A stretch of 64,000 nucleotides of DNA from Microthyrium microscopicum (GCA_010405405.1 MU004230.1:964627-1028626); one strand, 5' to 3'; positions 1-12,723 are shown, counted from the stretch's first letter. The notes: a model not told the origin generated them from the letters alone. Numbers and translations: made by a program.

Positions 1-108
1 AACTTCCTGCACTCCCGACCAGCACAGCAAGCGATCTTCAGCCTAAAACCCAATCTTCTAAAACTTTACAGTCGCATTTAAATTTCCATTTCGACGCATC
101 GCCCTATA

Positions 109-643
109 ATGACAACTTTAGACGGCCAGCCATCTGCAGCCTCTGCATGGGCAGACAAATACCGCGGGGTATGCATTTTTAACCACCGGCGTACGCGGTT
201 TTTTCTGACGCTATTGAATATAGGCTACAGTTGAAGATCTAGATCCACCACAAGCATTAAGCACAAATCCACACGAACCCATCGCGCATGCTCTCATGGT
301 CGCTTTTGAGCGCGATTACACCCATCTGACTGTCGTCTCCAGCGAAAACCGTGCGCTGTTAGGATACCTCTCGATACCCCGGCTAAAACAGATGCTCAAA
401 GAGGGCAAGGTGACGGAATCGGACAATGTCAAGAATGCCATGTTGAAGTTCAGGAGGGGCAAGGTCTACAAAGTCATTACCATGGATACACCGCTGGAAG
501 AGCTGGAGGCCTTCTTCGAGGGTGGGGAAGACGGTTTGGGGAAGCAGGACTTTGCGGTTGTTACAGATTATACGAGACGATTCGTGCTGGGCGTCGCGAC
601 AAGGGCGGATTTGGAAGAGTTTGTTAAACGACGGCCTGCGTAG
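109..643 (+). CDS. Small CBS-domain (Bateman) protein
   Basis: ATG at 109, intron 169-223 (GTATGC...CTGAC...TAG). Exon 2 is in frame with ORF 296-643. The sequence MTTLDG...KYRG|ATVEDLDPP...RDYTHLTVV...LLGYLSI...ITMDTPLEELEAFF...FAVVTD...FVLGVATRADL resembles a CBS pair. Confidence 0.8.
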
Positions 644-1266
644 GGGCGGGAGCTTTGGCGTAGCTCAACACAACTACCCACCGAGGCGACGTAGGTGCCA
701 TGGCTGCAGTGGCAGTATCAGCATGATACTTAAATTCCGCCTTGCTCCGCATTGTTTGTATACTCATATCGCCATGAATTTTTCGGTCGATCCTTTCAAC
801 ATGACACCAGCAGAGAGTTTTGCATTCACCAACGGTCACTGAGGCATAATCATCAAGGCCTGTGGACTCGGCTGCAAGTTTTGCCCACGAACAAGCTTTT
901 CAACTTGCATGTTCCTCTTCAAAACTCACATCGCTTCGTTCAGCTTTCGCTATCATGCAGAGTGACTTGATAGTCGAGTCAACGTACTTCGAATTGTTTG
1001 ATCACGCCAAGTTGATGGATTGCCCGAAATTGGTTGTCGTTCTCCCTTCAAGTTACATGCTATCTCGGTTATGCTTCAATAAGGCGTTGGAGACTATTGG
1101 ATAATATATCTGCCAACCAAAGTAAGAGCACTAAGACTATACAGCGTTAGATACATCAAACTTGCAAAACCAACCATCAGAATCTATTCTGGCATTCTGT
1201 CGAACAAGAAGTGGCAGTGGTTATTTCTTGGATCCCAGTGTCTGTCTCATCAACAGTCCTTCCAGA

Positions 1267-2376
1267 TCACACAGACAGGATATTGCGGTGTACATTTTTG
1301 GTGTTGCTGCCTTCCATATCAGACCAAAGATCATAGACGCGATTGAATGTGCCATGAGGTAGGCCGCAGAGCGATGGCATCGCTTTCCAAAGTCGAACTG
1401 CATACTTTCTTTCGATTCGAATCTGTTCGACATCTCGCGCGTTCCATAATTCAATTAGTCGTTCTCGGACGTGATGGTCGGAAATGCGATCGCGTCCCCA
1501 TTGCAGCCAAAGCAACTTCGGACCTTCGTGGAGTAGACACCAATTTACCCAAGATTCTCCGTCCCGGAAGTCGTGCCACATGTACCATGGCAGTCTATCT
1601 CTTTCAGTCTGGTGAATCTTGTTGGTATTTGACCAGTCAAAAACATCATCACCTTCGAGATGGACACTGCGAGACGTGTTCCTCATAAAGCGATGAATGT
1701 GAGGCAGATCATATTTGGTCTTGAAAAGGGATCTGACAATCTCTTCGGTCAGGCAATAAAAGTTGCCACGTTCTTGGTTCGACATGAGGTATCTCCTGCG
1801 TCGTTTGAAGATTAACTCTTCTCTTCTTTCGATCATGTCTGCTGCTCGACTGCTTATGGACTTCTTTGGGAACTGAGGATCTATGTGTTGCAAAAGACGC
1901 TGGAGCCGTTTTTTCAAGGGCATGCGAGGAATATTGTTGTCCGGAAGTCTATAAGCGTCTTTCGAAATTTCAGATAGCATTTTCGCGACGTGTAATCCAA
2001 TGTCAATCCTGGCTCTTGCGGCATCGCCCATCGCATTGTCTGCAGAAAACCCAAGGTCAACGCAGTATCTACGAAATGACTCCAGGCGGAATCGATCGAC
2101 GAGCACAGCGGTCAGATGGCTGTAAACGAGACCACCAAGCCAACCAATTCCTGAGGAGATAGGATCGGACTTGGCTTGCTGTAGCATATGCGGGACATAA
2201 TGGAATGCCTCCTCGGCCAGGTCCACGCAACTGCTCTGAATCAGAAGTGCCCAGCAACGACTGACCAGGCATAGGTTGAAGATGTCCATAACAGATAAAC
2301 CTAAACGTATCATTATCAAGATCTCGTTTGGCAGGGTATCGAAGTTGGAAGCTATTATTGGAAAGCCTGGCGTCAA
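1267..2376 (-). CDS. F-box domain protein (5' end uncertain, possibly disabled)
   Basis: N-terminal FDTLPNEILIMIRLGLSVMDIFNLCLVSRCWALLI matches the F-box pattern. The listed start is TTG. In-frame ATGs at 2421/2415 are separated from the ORF by TAA at 2395-2397. Confidence 0.65.
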   Translation of the reverse strand: MTPGFPIIASNFDTLPNEILIMIRLGLSVMDIFNLCLVSRCWALLIQSSCVDLAEEAFHYVPHMLQQAKSDPISSGIGWLGGLVYSHLTAVLVDRFRLESFRRYCVDLGFSADNAMGDAARARIDIGLHVAKMLSEISKDAYRLPDNNIPRMPLKKRLQRLLQHIDPQFPKKSISSRAADMIERREELIFKRRRRYLMSNQERGNFYCLTEEIVRSLFKTKYDLPHIHRFMRNTSRSVHLEGDDVFDWSNTNKIHQTERDRLPWYMWHDFRDGESWVNWCLLHEGPKLLWLQWGRDRISDHHVRERLIELWNARDVEQIRIERKYAVRLWKAMPSLCGLPHGTFNRVYDLWSDMEGSNTKNVHRNILSV

Positions 2377-2808
2377 AGGTGTCAGAATGGATACTTAGGT
2401 AGCTGATCCCGCCATGCTCATCCAGTTTGACTGTATAGCACCACGGTAACAGTAGTATGCGGTTTGCATGGTGGATAGTAAAAAGAAGAGATTGAAGGAA
2501 TTGACCCTACCTTGGCGTGAGGTATTCCCAGGATGTGTTGTGCTTTGGGACAGCTACAGCGAGCTACTGGTTCAGTCCAGGTGACATGACATCAAAACAA
2601 TGTCTGCCTCGCCGCCCCGTTGGTTCAACTTCGGTCTATTGAAACGTCGCTACATGCTATATGCTTTCTTGGTAGTGAGGTTTGCAGATGAATGGAAATG
2701 GGAACAGTGGAAGTGTAATGACTGAAAAGCGAATGGATATCACCATAATTGGCCTTGCGTCTATAAAATTATAAAATAGCACCGTCCTCCTTACATACCG
2801 CTTCTGTT

Positions 2809-3260
2809 CTGTATCTGATACAGATAGTAAAGTGGGAATTGTGTAAAAGACTACCATAAACCGACACATGCCAGGGACCAGCAAAGCTGTTTGGGCAAGT
2901 AAGCATATACTAGACTGCTCAGTTTGTTCTTAGCATTCCCGGCCCACTGTATTGTCCGCAGTGGTCTGTATATACTCTGAGCAATCAGCAAGATCATGAT
3001 TAACCCTGACAATGATTGGGCCTTGTAAGTATGTCCTTGGCGTTATGTGTATCTTTGAAGTGCCCTAATATGAACACTTCTTTTATTAGCAGTCAACTGA
3101 TAGACAAATTAACAATGAGCAAGTTTGAGCATTCTCAGCGCATCCTTAGCTGGCGCTTAGGCAAAACATTGATGGTTTTAGTCACTGTTGAGTAGAGAAT
3201 CTCATGTCTTTTTAGTTCTTTCTCTCATAGGATTTTCTCAAAGATAGTGTTCTGAGCACA
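2809..3260. promoter_or_regulatory. Candidate metal-responsive promoter: five TGCTCA/TGAGCA (Mac1-type) elements plus an ATCTGATA GATA-type site
   Basis: TGCTCA 2916-2921; TGAGCA 2978-2983, 3116-3121, 3126-3131; TGAGCACA 3253-3260. The palindrome CTGTATC-T-GATACAG at 2809-2823 contains ATCTGATA. All lie upstream of the reductase ATG at 3447. Confidence 0.55.
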
Positions 3261-3446
3261 TAATCCATCCTGTTACGTACTCATATATCAAATGCTCCCT
3301 GCTATGGTAATCAAATTCTCTTAAGTATATCATCGGCTAAGATGTGATGTTGAGGCACTCTTTATACATATCTCGTATACCGGGCTTCTGTACGACAAGA
3401 TTCTTACTATGAAAGAAATAACGCTTGAGACCTCATCACAGATATC

Positions 3447-5576
3447 ATGACCACGACTACAGCTCTGGTAGCCTTTCTGGCTTTAATGGTCACCGTCAAG
3501 CCAGCAGAGGCTATGATATCCAAGGGCCGCTTCGGACACGGTCTCATTGGTTATGGTATTCCTATGTATCAGCCATTTTGTGCCTCTGCATGCCGTGACA
3601 GCATCAAATCCGCAACTTTGAATTGCACTCCAGCAGTTTCTGGGACTCATGGTGAGCATTCAATGGCGATCACCGAGCCAAAGTGCTACGCTACTGATGA
3701 AAGTTTCCTTACCACATTGGCCTACTGCGTGTCGCAACATTGCAGCAGCACTTCCCTCTGGAAAGTTGAGAGATGGTGGAAAGCGAATGTTGCTGGCAAC
3801 GCAGATATACAGCCCGAGCCGAAATGGTCGTACCAGCAGACACTTCTCAGAATCACTACACCTCCAACTGCCAACTACAACAAGAAGGCTCCACTGAATA
3901 CGACAACCTTGATTCCGAATTCTACATGGTTCACCAACTTCAACGCTGATAGCGAGTTCGAAACTCTCGAGATCACAAGTGAAAACTTTGGGTAAGTTCC
4001 CATAGTCAAGATGAATTTGCCCAGCTAATACTGCAATAGGCTTATCATCGTCCTCTCAGGAGTACTCGTACCTATAGTGTTCTCGTTAGCACGATTCTTG
4101 CCATTTCCATCACTTTGGCGCTCCAAAGTAAGCGCATTGATAGTAGATCCGCCCCTTTTTGGATCGAAACACAGCCAACCGGTTTTCTGGAATCTTTTGA
4201 TACTACCAACCCGTGGCCAGGCCTTTTTCATTGCATACCTCACTATTCTTAACCTCGTTCTCTCATCTGTGGATATCTGGACTAAGCAGCCCAATTCTTG
4301 GTACGAGAGCACAAACGAAGCCATTACAACGTACATTGCAAATCGCACCGGTGTGCTGAGCTTTATAAATTTGGTTCTCGCTTTTCTTTACGCAGGCCGA
4401 AACAACTTTCTTCTCTGGATAACAAACTGGTCTCACTTGACATTCATTATTGCACATCGATATATTGCTCTTATTTCGACACTCCAAGCTATCATTCACT
4501 CAGTACTATACCTTGTGTTAAAGGTGCAAGCAGGTACACATACCTCAGAGTCGAAGCTATCCTACTGGATTTGGGGAGCTGCTGCTACCGTGGCAATGAC
4601 CATTCTCCTACATACATCTATTCACCCGATTCGTCAAAGGTGTTACGAGCTGTTCCTAGCGAATCACATTGTGCTCTCGATTATTGTCGTCATCGGAAGC
4701 TATTACCATATTCTCCTCCGATTTCAACATCAATGGGGATATGAAGTATGGATGTGGGCGGTGATGGCAGTGTGGGGCTTCGACCACATTGTTCGCTGGA
4801 TTCGTCTCGCTAGACATGGTATTCGTACGGCCCAGGTCACGATACTAGATGAAGATTATGTACGCGTCAATGTGCCCGGCGTAGCAGGCTCTGGTCACGC
4901 GTATCTTTACTTCCCGACTCTGACATGGCGATTCTGGGAGAATCACCCATTTTCAGTAGCATCGACTCTCTTGCCAACTCCCGACCAAACTACACCAATG
5001 ATCGACTCATCCGAATACACCGATATGGAGAAGAAGGGCGGCAGATTACAAGCGCAGTTAGTGTCGGGATCTGATTCAGAATCTCACCGTAGTCAATCTT
5101 ACAAAGGCCATGATGCAAGTCTGACGTTTTTGATTCGAACTCAAACTGGACTGACTCGACATCTTCATCAGCGAACCAACCTTCCCATTCTGATTGAAGG
5201 AAATTATGGCTCTGACACCGACGTGACTCAATATTCAACTCTTATTGCCATTGCCGGGGGAGTTGGTATCACAGCCTTGCTACCTCTAATTCGAGCCCAT
5301 AGTGGGCGAACAAAGTTGTACTGGGGTGCACGCTCCTCGGCGTTGATTAGAGACTTTGAGGTGTCGTTGGAAGGAATTGATAAGGATATAATTCTGGGAC
5401 AAAGGATGGACATAGCTTTGGTTCTCGAGAATGAGCTAAGGGATGAGAAAGGCGAGGTCTGTGTGGTTTGTAGTGGGCCAAATTCCATGACTGACGAGGT
5501 GCGGACTGTCGTCACTAGACTTGTGTGGAAGAAAAACTTGAAGATCAAGCTGATTGTAGAGGCCTTTAGCTGGTAG
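3447..5576 (+). CDS. Ferric/cupric reductase transmembrane component (FRE family)
   Basis: Signal peptide and Cys-rich ectodomain; intron 3992-4039; TM region with NRTG, GRNN and heme His pairs (HR...HS; H...H); FAD motif HPFSV; NADPH motifs IAGGVGIT, VCSGP and C-terminal EAFSW. Confidence 0.93.
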
Positions 5577-5678
5577 CGTACATATTAATCATTGCATTAT
5601 ACTATGAATGAGCTTCCATAAATCTCAAGACTTGACACATACAAATAACTGCTCTCCTAGACGTGACCGAGCAAGCGC

Positions 5679-6551
5679 TCATTTTGACCCATCAAAGACT
5701 CCTACAGTCATGCCCATCCACTGACTTGCGTGGCTTTCGAGATCTTTAGCAATAAATTCTGCATTTTGTTCAAGAGTGGTTGTATAACGGCCGGCATTCA
5801 TAGCCGACAAGATCGGCCTCCCCATCAGAGGGATGTGCTTTACCCAAGAATCTTGCCACGCCGGAAGAGTCTCAGCACCTGCGACAAGTTCTCCATGCAG
5901 ATTTCTGGTAGGCACATCAAAGTTCGAAGATTCAGGAACCATGGTGGCTGGACATAGCATCGACCAGTCAACAGTGTCTGGTGGCAGCGACTTGAGAAGC
6001 TGGAGATTTTGACGATGCTCGAGATATATAGGGATGCTGTAAAATGTTAGTATTGTAATTCACCTGATTTCTTACGGCCCCCATTCTGAATGATAGATAG
6101 AAACAGTTTGCACGGAATGAGAACAGAACAGAGTTTTGACTTACTACTTTGAGAGCATTGTTTTTGATCTGGGATAGTATAACACTCCCATACCTCCCAT
6201 AAACCAACTTCTTAAAGGCTTCTTTCTCTCCGTGCTCGCATCTCGTATGGCATTGACCACAGAGCGAAATATCAAAGGCAGATCACTCTTTCCCCATGGA
6301 GGTAGTGCTGCCAACCCGGCGGTGTTGACAACAGCATCACAGTTGTTGTCCAGAATTGCTCCCTTGATTTTGGTCGAGTCCGTAGCGTCGCCTTGGAAAA
6401 CGATGATCCGCCGGTATACAGCAGCCGGAAGAAGAGATTCGAGCTTGTCAGAGGACCGAACGTACGCAACTACGCTGTGGCCATGGGTGAGCAGCGCTGG
6501 TACGAGACGAACTCCCATGTTTCCGGTGGCACCAATAAGAAGAACTTTCAT
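5679..6551 (-). CDS. NAD(P)H-binding Rossmann-fold protein (NAD_binding_10 / biliverdin-reductase-B-like)
   Basis: MKVLLIGATGNMG dinucleotide-binding motif, VAYVRS, QGDATD, DAVVNTAG. Intron 6038-6144 joins to YIPIYLEHRQN...DWSMLCP. Confidence 0.85.
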
Positions 6552-8191
6552 AGTCACTAAAGAATTCTATGTCTTGTGTGTGAGAAACGTGGGATGTTTT
6601 GGATTGTATGGCAATGGCTTTGATAGGATATGCTGGCAAATATAAAGGCAGTCTGTATGGCCCATGACTACGGAATACACCTCATTTATGAGCGCGAATG
6701 TAGACTTGAGCTGAATCGGGTTTGCATTGAGCCGTAGGTTGCAGCGCTGAACAACTCGCTCCTACCTGTTACAAATCTCATGGTTCGTTAGCAGTGGTTA
6801 CGCAACTACCTAAGTGATTATATGTCAGCGGCCGGGACGGAGTCAATGTTGTTGTTGTAGAGAAATCCAAAGAACGTTTCTTGCTGCCTACTACGGTATC
6901 GTTGGAGCCTGATGCTGTTCGGGCTGTCTCGGACTCGCGATTGACCGAGAACATGCCGAACTGGACTGATGTTATTTGCATTGTGAACCAATTCCCAGAT
7001 TGGCTGAGATCCGACAGAAAATAGGACTTGTACGTATCTCGTATGACATTCCACCAGTGTTGGTGTGGAGTTTGAATGAATCAATGCCACGAGTCACCTG
7101 ACACCAACTCGCCTCTCGTGGCGACAAAGCCTGGAGACAAAGCTGACAACGAGCATCTAAGCCAAATATAGATTTGATATCGAATCTTCCCACAAAGTCA
7201 AGCATTGATGCTGGAATATGATCGCTTTACAAGCGCCAGCACTCACACTACTACGGTACTCTGTTTTGAAAAGAGTTGGAGTTGAGTAGTTGAATTTCCA
7301 TGGATCCTCAAACCTTAAGGAGGAGGCTTCCAAGGTTGACCGTTGAGGCTCAGCTGCACAGCTGAAATATGAGCGCCACTATGCACAGATCCCTTTCTGG
7401 TTAGACCGATCGATTGTGAACATGGGATTCTGAAATCCCCGTGCCGATGATCGTGATTTACACATCTCCATACCTGGTCATGTTTAGCGCGAACATTATT
7501 ATTAGCTTAGGATTGAGCAAGCATGGCTTGAAAGCTTTAAATCCTTAAACGCAACTACTACACCACCGTTTTCTGATGGATAATGACCTGCTGACTCCAG
7601 TCCTAAGTCCTGACACAGCAGAGGTTGTCAAAGTTACCTCAAGATCACCGACGACAGGCCAATGTCTCGTAACTCTATCTTTGCGACTGAGGCTCGCTTC
7701 TATCGAGGTAAAGTTCAGCGAAGTAACCGTACACGAGCCAGCAACGGCACGAGGCTTACCGCAGGAGCTAAAAAATTCCAGTTCCAAAACATGGCACCAT
7801 CGCATCTCCACTTTGTGGCCCCTTTTAGCGGCTCGGGATGCTGCTTTCTACTCACTTTGGCCAATCCAAAGTCAACGGAGCTTCATTTCTCCCCAAGATC
7901 GGCATCTCAGTCAGCCGTTGACCTTGCAATTCGAAAATGCGTCTGCTACTAATGTAAGATGCAAAATCCAATCAGTTAGATACACAAGGTACTGCGTACG
8001 AAAAGAGGAGCTGCATTGGGCGGAAGCATCCCGTAGGTCGTCTGAGTCCGAAGTCGTTAGAAACGACAGTGTGTCTCCGTAGGTGGCCTAGAAAATTTAG
8101 GCCCGAGACAATGTTTTTGACCGTATGCCCACAATGAACTGAACTTCTAGCCCCTGCAAAATCTTCAACTCCTTTCTTCTGGTCAACTACG

Positions 8192-9706
8192 ATGTTCTTC
8201 TTATTACATTCACTGCATTTCATATGTCTTATTGGTCAAGCTTTGGCAGCGCCAGCAGATTTGGTTCACGATGCATCTTTAGAGAAACGGGCTCTGGTTC
8301 CTAACGTCTTGAGCGGGGCAATTGGAACCGTCGATGGAGCGCTGTCTAGTGTTGTTGGAGGTGTAGCTGCCGATTCCAGCGAAGCCAGTGGCATATTCTC
8401 TGCTATTCTCGGCGCAATTGAAGATACGATCAAGGACCAAGTCACAGCGACGCCAACAAACATAGCACAGGCAACCTCGGTTGTAGCCAGCATCTTCTCT
8501 GCAACACCAACGACCATTTACGACGATATCATCAAGCTGGCTGCTAACGGCATAGCTCCTGATGCGACTGATCTCGCCAACCTACTAGTTGGCGCAGTCT
8601 CGGGACCAAACAGTGAAACAAATATCAACCTGAAAAACCCGGCTTCGCCAATATATCCCAAGAAGAGCTCAACAGATCCGGCATATACATTGACCGAGAC
8701 ACAATTGCGTCAAGTCATCTACATTCCTTCTACGTTCACTTATGGACAGAAGCCACCAGTTATTGTGAGTCTCGAACGCTTTTAAGAAGCAACATATAAT
8801 AATCTCTGTCTAGTTGGTTCCCGGAACGGGTGCCACTGGATATCAATCATTTGATGGTAACTTCATTCCACTCTTGACTGGAGTCTCCTACGCCGATCCA
8901 GTCTGGCTTAACATTCCCATTCAACTCCTTGGAGATGCTCAGGTTAACGCAGAGGTAAGTCATGCAGGTTGAGACCATTTTGTATCGAGACTAACAAAGC
9001 AAAGTACGTCGCATACGCCATAAACTACATTAGCGGAATCTCGAAACGAAATTCTTCGATTATCTCATGGTCGCAAGGTGGTATCGATACTCAATGGGCT
9101 CTGAAGTACTTCTCTTCGACCCGTAAAGTCGTGTCAAACTTTATAGCAATCAGTCCGGACTACCACGGCACGCAACTAGCTTATCTCCTTTGCCCTTCGT
9201 TTCCGACTTTACCTTGCGCGCCCGCAGTGATTCAGCAAGAATACAACAGCAACTTCATTGCTACCCTCAGAAGCAATGGTGGAGATTCCGCCTACGTTCC
9301 CACAACCACAGTATACAGCTCAACTGATGAGATTGTACAACCACAGAGCGGTACGGGCGCCTCGGCATATCTACTCGATGCTAGGAATGTGGGAGTTACT
9401 AACAATCAAGTACAAGCCGTATGTGGAGGTCATCCTGCTGGGTTGTTCTACACACATGAAGGTGTGCTGTACAATCCATTAGCCTTTGCTTTGGCCAAGG
9501 ATGCTCTCACAAATGGGGGACCTGGCAGAACGAGCAGACTTTCCAGTTTGAACACAGTTTGCGATGAAGTGGTTGCGCCAGGATTAAACTTGGCTAATGT
9601 ACTCACTACGGAGGAGGCAATTAGTACCGCTGGCATTTCAGTGCTTATATACCCTTTCAAGGTTTTTGTCGAGCCGCCCATTATGTCTTATGCTGCTGGA
9701 AAGTAA
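8192..9706 (+). CDS. Secreted lipase B (Candida antarctica lipase B-like)
   Basis: Signal peptide and LEKR dibasic site; LVPGTG oxyanion motif; QVNAEYVAYAI; nucleophile SWSQGG; SPDYHGT; DEIVQPQ; THEG. Introns 8765-8812 and 8954-9004. Confidence 0.9.
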
Positions 9707-10771
9707 TCTATAATGTTTTATGGAAGAGCAGGGTATCACTTAGGAGATTACTCTTCTATAGCTGATAGGATACACGAGAACATAATGTCAAATACAATAG
9801 TAATACTTTCGTACCAAATCGACAACTTCAATTATCAGGAGAATATGAATCTTAGGTGTTAATGCCACACTGGTAATCCCTTTCCCAGCCTTGATTTCCC
9901 ACCTCCTAACATGGATTTTTCGACCGATGCAACCAAGAGATATCGAACCTACAAGGAAACACCAGCGGCGAATCCCTGATCCGCTTTTGATCTTGCATAT
10001 AACGATACATCCCAGGCCAATATCAAAATGTGGAACCACTCTACGGCCGCAGGTTGTCTCCCATTATTGACGATCGGGGATTTCACCCCTACTAGTTGTA
10101 TCCACATCAACCGCGTTCCCGGAACCCAATTCACACGTCCTTGTTCCCGAAATCCCATCAGGAGAACAACCTTGACCAAACCACAAAACTACGCAATCTC
10201 TCGTTCATCCGCATTGAGGCTCTTTAGTGTCCACCACTCACATAACACCAAGTTCCCTGCTCCAGAAACGCCACACCATCGGGATCGTGAAGTCCCAACG
10301 GGATGCCTGCTAGAAAGAGTCTAGTTTAACCGTTAAGTTTTTAAATTCTGCATTGCCTTGGCGATCATAATATGCTAAAGTTCCAAAGTCCTATTATTTT
10401 CAGGATCAGCTTCACCGTTGACTATACTAGGCATGACATTCGTCCAACCACAGAGCGGTATGCTTGGTCATGAGAAGGAGACTGGCTTGTGGGCTGGTAC
10501 GCCGGGCTAAAGGCATGAGTTGAGCGCGATTTTGATGAGATCATATCACCGAATTACTGGAACAGTGCGTTTCGGAATGGATCCGCTGTTGCTGAACCTA
10601 CTAAGAGGTAAGTAGTATTCAATGATATATAAGAAGAATCCCTACCCTTTATGAAGGCGAACACCACGCCATCCCAGTCCCGTTATCAGACGTCCATTTC
10701 ATACATTCCATATTTTCATAATACCAGTTTCATTAATTCAACCCCTTACTTTCGTTTAACCATTTCCAAAA

Positions 10772-11235
10772 ATGCGTTTCTCCACGATCCTCATCGCCTC
10801 CCTCACAGCCTTGGTCTCCGCCGCGCCTCTCCCAAGCTCAACAAATCCACTCGGCGGCGCTCTCGCACCCATCGGGTCCGCTCTAGGAACCTTTGGCTCT
10901 GCCCTAGGAAACGGATCTGGTAATGATGGTAATGGCAGTGTACGTCCAACCCACGTCGTCCCAGCATCGCTTTACTAATCATGATACAGGGTAATACCGC
11001 CGGCAACGGCAGCGGTTCTGGTGACGGCAATGGCTCAGGATCCGGAAACGAAGCTGGTGATGGCAACTCTGCTGGCGATGGCAGTGGTTCCGGCAATCAA
11101 GCGAACGGCAACACGATCTCTGGAATTAATCTCGGGACAGTAAGTTTACCAGACATTGACGTAGACCCAACGATAAATGTAAGGTTGGGTTATTGGAGTT
11201 GTGGATGGTGACTGACTGATTTATAGATCCTATAA
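10772..11235 (+). CDS. Small secreted Gly/Asn/Ser-rich protein
   Basis: Signal peptide MRFSTILIASLTALVSA; GNGSGSGDGN-type repeats; introns 10940-10989 and 11179-11226; ends ...DPTIN|IL*. TATA-like TATATAAG at about 10626. Confidence 0.8.
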
Positions 11236-11922
11236 TGAGATAAGCTGAAAGAGATATTCGAGTTCTGCTGTTTGGGCAAAGATGATAACCGCCTGGCAAT
11301 CTCGTAGCAGCTGGAGAGATAGGAGACAGCTTGGGCGCTGGTAATCACACAAGTCCCATTGTATACTGCTGCTGTACATACCATACCATAATTTTAATCA
11401 AAAACATTTGAAGATATCTTCAGTATCAAGGTGTCTTTGACATAAGCAGTCATTGTAATAGTCAAAATACTAACAGGACGGATGCAGTCACTGCCACGAG
11501 TTTTCCCAACGCAACAAGGCTAGCAAGCTCAACATATTTCATGTTTGAGAGCCAAATTGGTTGTCAGCAACGAATTGTTGTGATATATTAATGAGTGCAG
11601 AATGATGTGGTCACAATCATCCAAGCATTCAGAGACAGATGGACTCAGATTGATGTTATTTCTTCTATTTTGTCTCATTACGACCTAGTCTAGAGGTGTT
11701 TTGTCAGCTTCGGACCATCCAACCTGATTCTCCCATGCGTGTTGCGTCTCATTTCTGGTTCCCACGTTCGCTGTTTTGAAATCAATAATGAACGCCTTCG
11801 CTATGCTATGATTACAGTATCCCATTTCCCGGGCCACTAATTCGCTGCGCTATCAAACAGATCTTATGGTCATCAAGTCATTTACGTATTCCAGAGTTTG
11901 TGTGCTACCAGGCCTTTCTGCT

Positions 11923-12723
11923 TTATGCGGGCCGTGGCTGTTGTGACATTGTTACAGATGAGAGCGCAGGTTGCGTAGATCCACTTTGAGCGGAATTTGT
12001 TTGACCTGACTCGCTTTGACTCGGTTGGCCACTCTCTTCCCTCATTGTTGGTGGCGTCTCAGATAATGGAGGTGTCGTTGTCTCCTGATAGCCCGGTAGT
12101 CTATCAGCAACATTACGAGACAAAGTACGGAGCGGCACCGCGGGCTCGTTCAGTGTGCTTGTCATCGTCGTATTTGTTGGTGGTCGTGATTCTAGAGCAG
12201 CTTCTTGTGCTTTGTATGGTGGAGGGGCCTCGCCATACTCGTTGAGTCCTTCGTCTTCCTCGGAGGTGCGGCCTAATCGAGTGCCAAAGCGATTGTTATA
12301 TCGTTGGACCCATCGGCGTGCAGTGCTAGGCGGGGCGGCTGAGCGACCCGTTTGCTGACCTGGTTGCCAACTTTCGAGGTCGCGGGCCAACGCATGGCGG
12401 CCTAGACTCGCCTGTAACGACTTTCGACGTTGGTTTCGACGTCTTAGGACAAAGAGGAGTACGAGTATGGCGATGACGAGAAGAATAAGTATGAGGAAGA
12501 AGTATTGGTAGATGATGCCCTGCTGCTGATCTGATTTGTTCTCAGTTCCGTCGCCGCCATCATCTCCATCGTTAAGGTCGGGCAAGCTAGTAATCACGGG
12601 ACTAAGGAGGAGAGATGGCGTGGCAGATGTCAGATTCGCGATCGACATGGTAGAGGATGGTGCGAGTGTCGATGTTTGGGTGCCCGAGAGCATGGTGGAG
12701 AGGAGGGATGAAGGCATGGCCAT
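11923..12723 (-). CDS. Single-pass membrane protein with Ser/Thr-rich ectodomain and PPPY/LPGY motifs
   Basis: Hydrophobic YFFLILILLVIAILVLLFVL followed by RRRNQRRK. The cytosolic EEGLNEYGEAPPPY segment carries a PY motif of the Rsp5/NEDD4-binding type. Confidence 0.75.
   Translation of the reverse strand: MAMPSSLLSTMLSGTQTSTLAPSSTMSIANLTSATPSLLLSPVITSLPDLNDGDDGGDGTENKSDQQQGIIYQYFFLILILLVIAILVLLFVLRRRNQRRKSLQASLGRHALARDLESWQPGQQTGRSAAPPSTARRWVQRYNNRFGTRLGRTSEEDEGLNEYGEAPPPYKAQEAALESRPPTNTTMTSTLNEPAVPLRTLSRNVADRLPGYQETTTPPLSETPPTMREESGQPSQSESGQTNSAQSGSTQPALSSVTMSQQPRPA

Noticed and set aside
7576..8082. 168-aa ORF upstream of the lipase
   Set aside because: No recognisable motif or splice support; it sits in the lipase promoter region and is probably a chance ORF.
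3447..9706. Reductase + NAD(P)H-binding protein + lipase as a secondary-metabolite cluster
   Set aside because: No backbone enzyme (PKS, NRPS, terpene synthase), transporter or cluster regulator is present.
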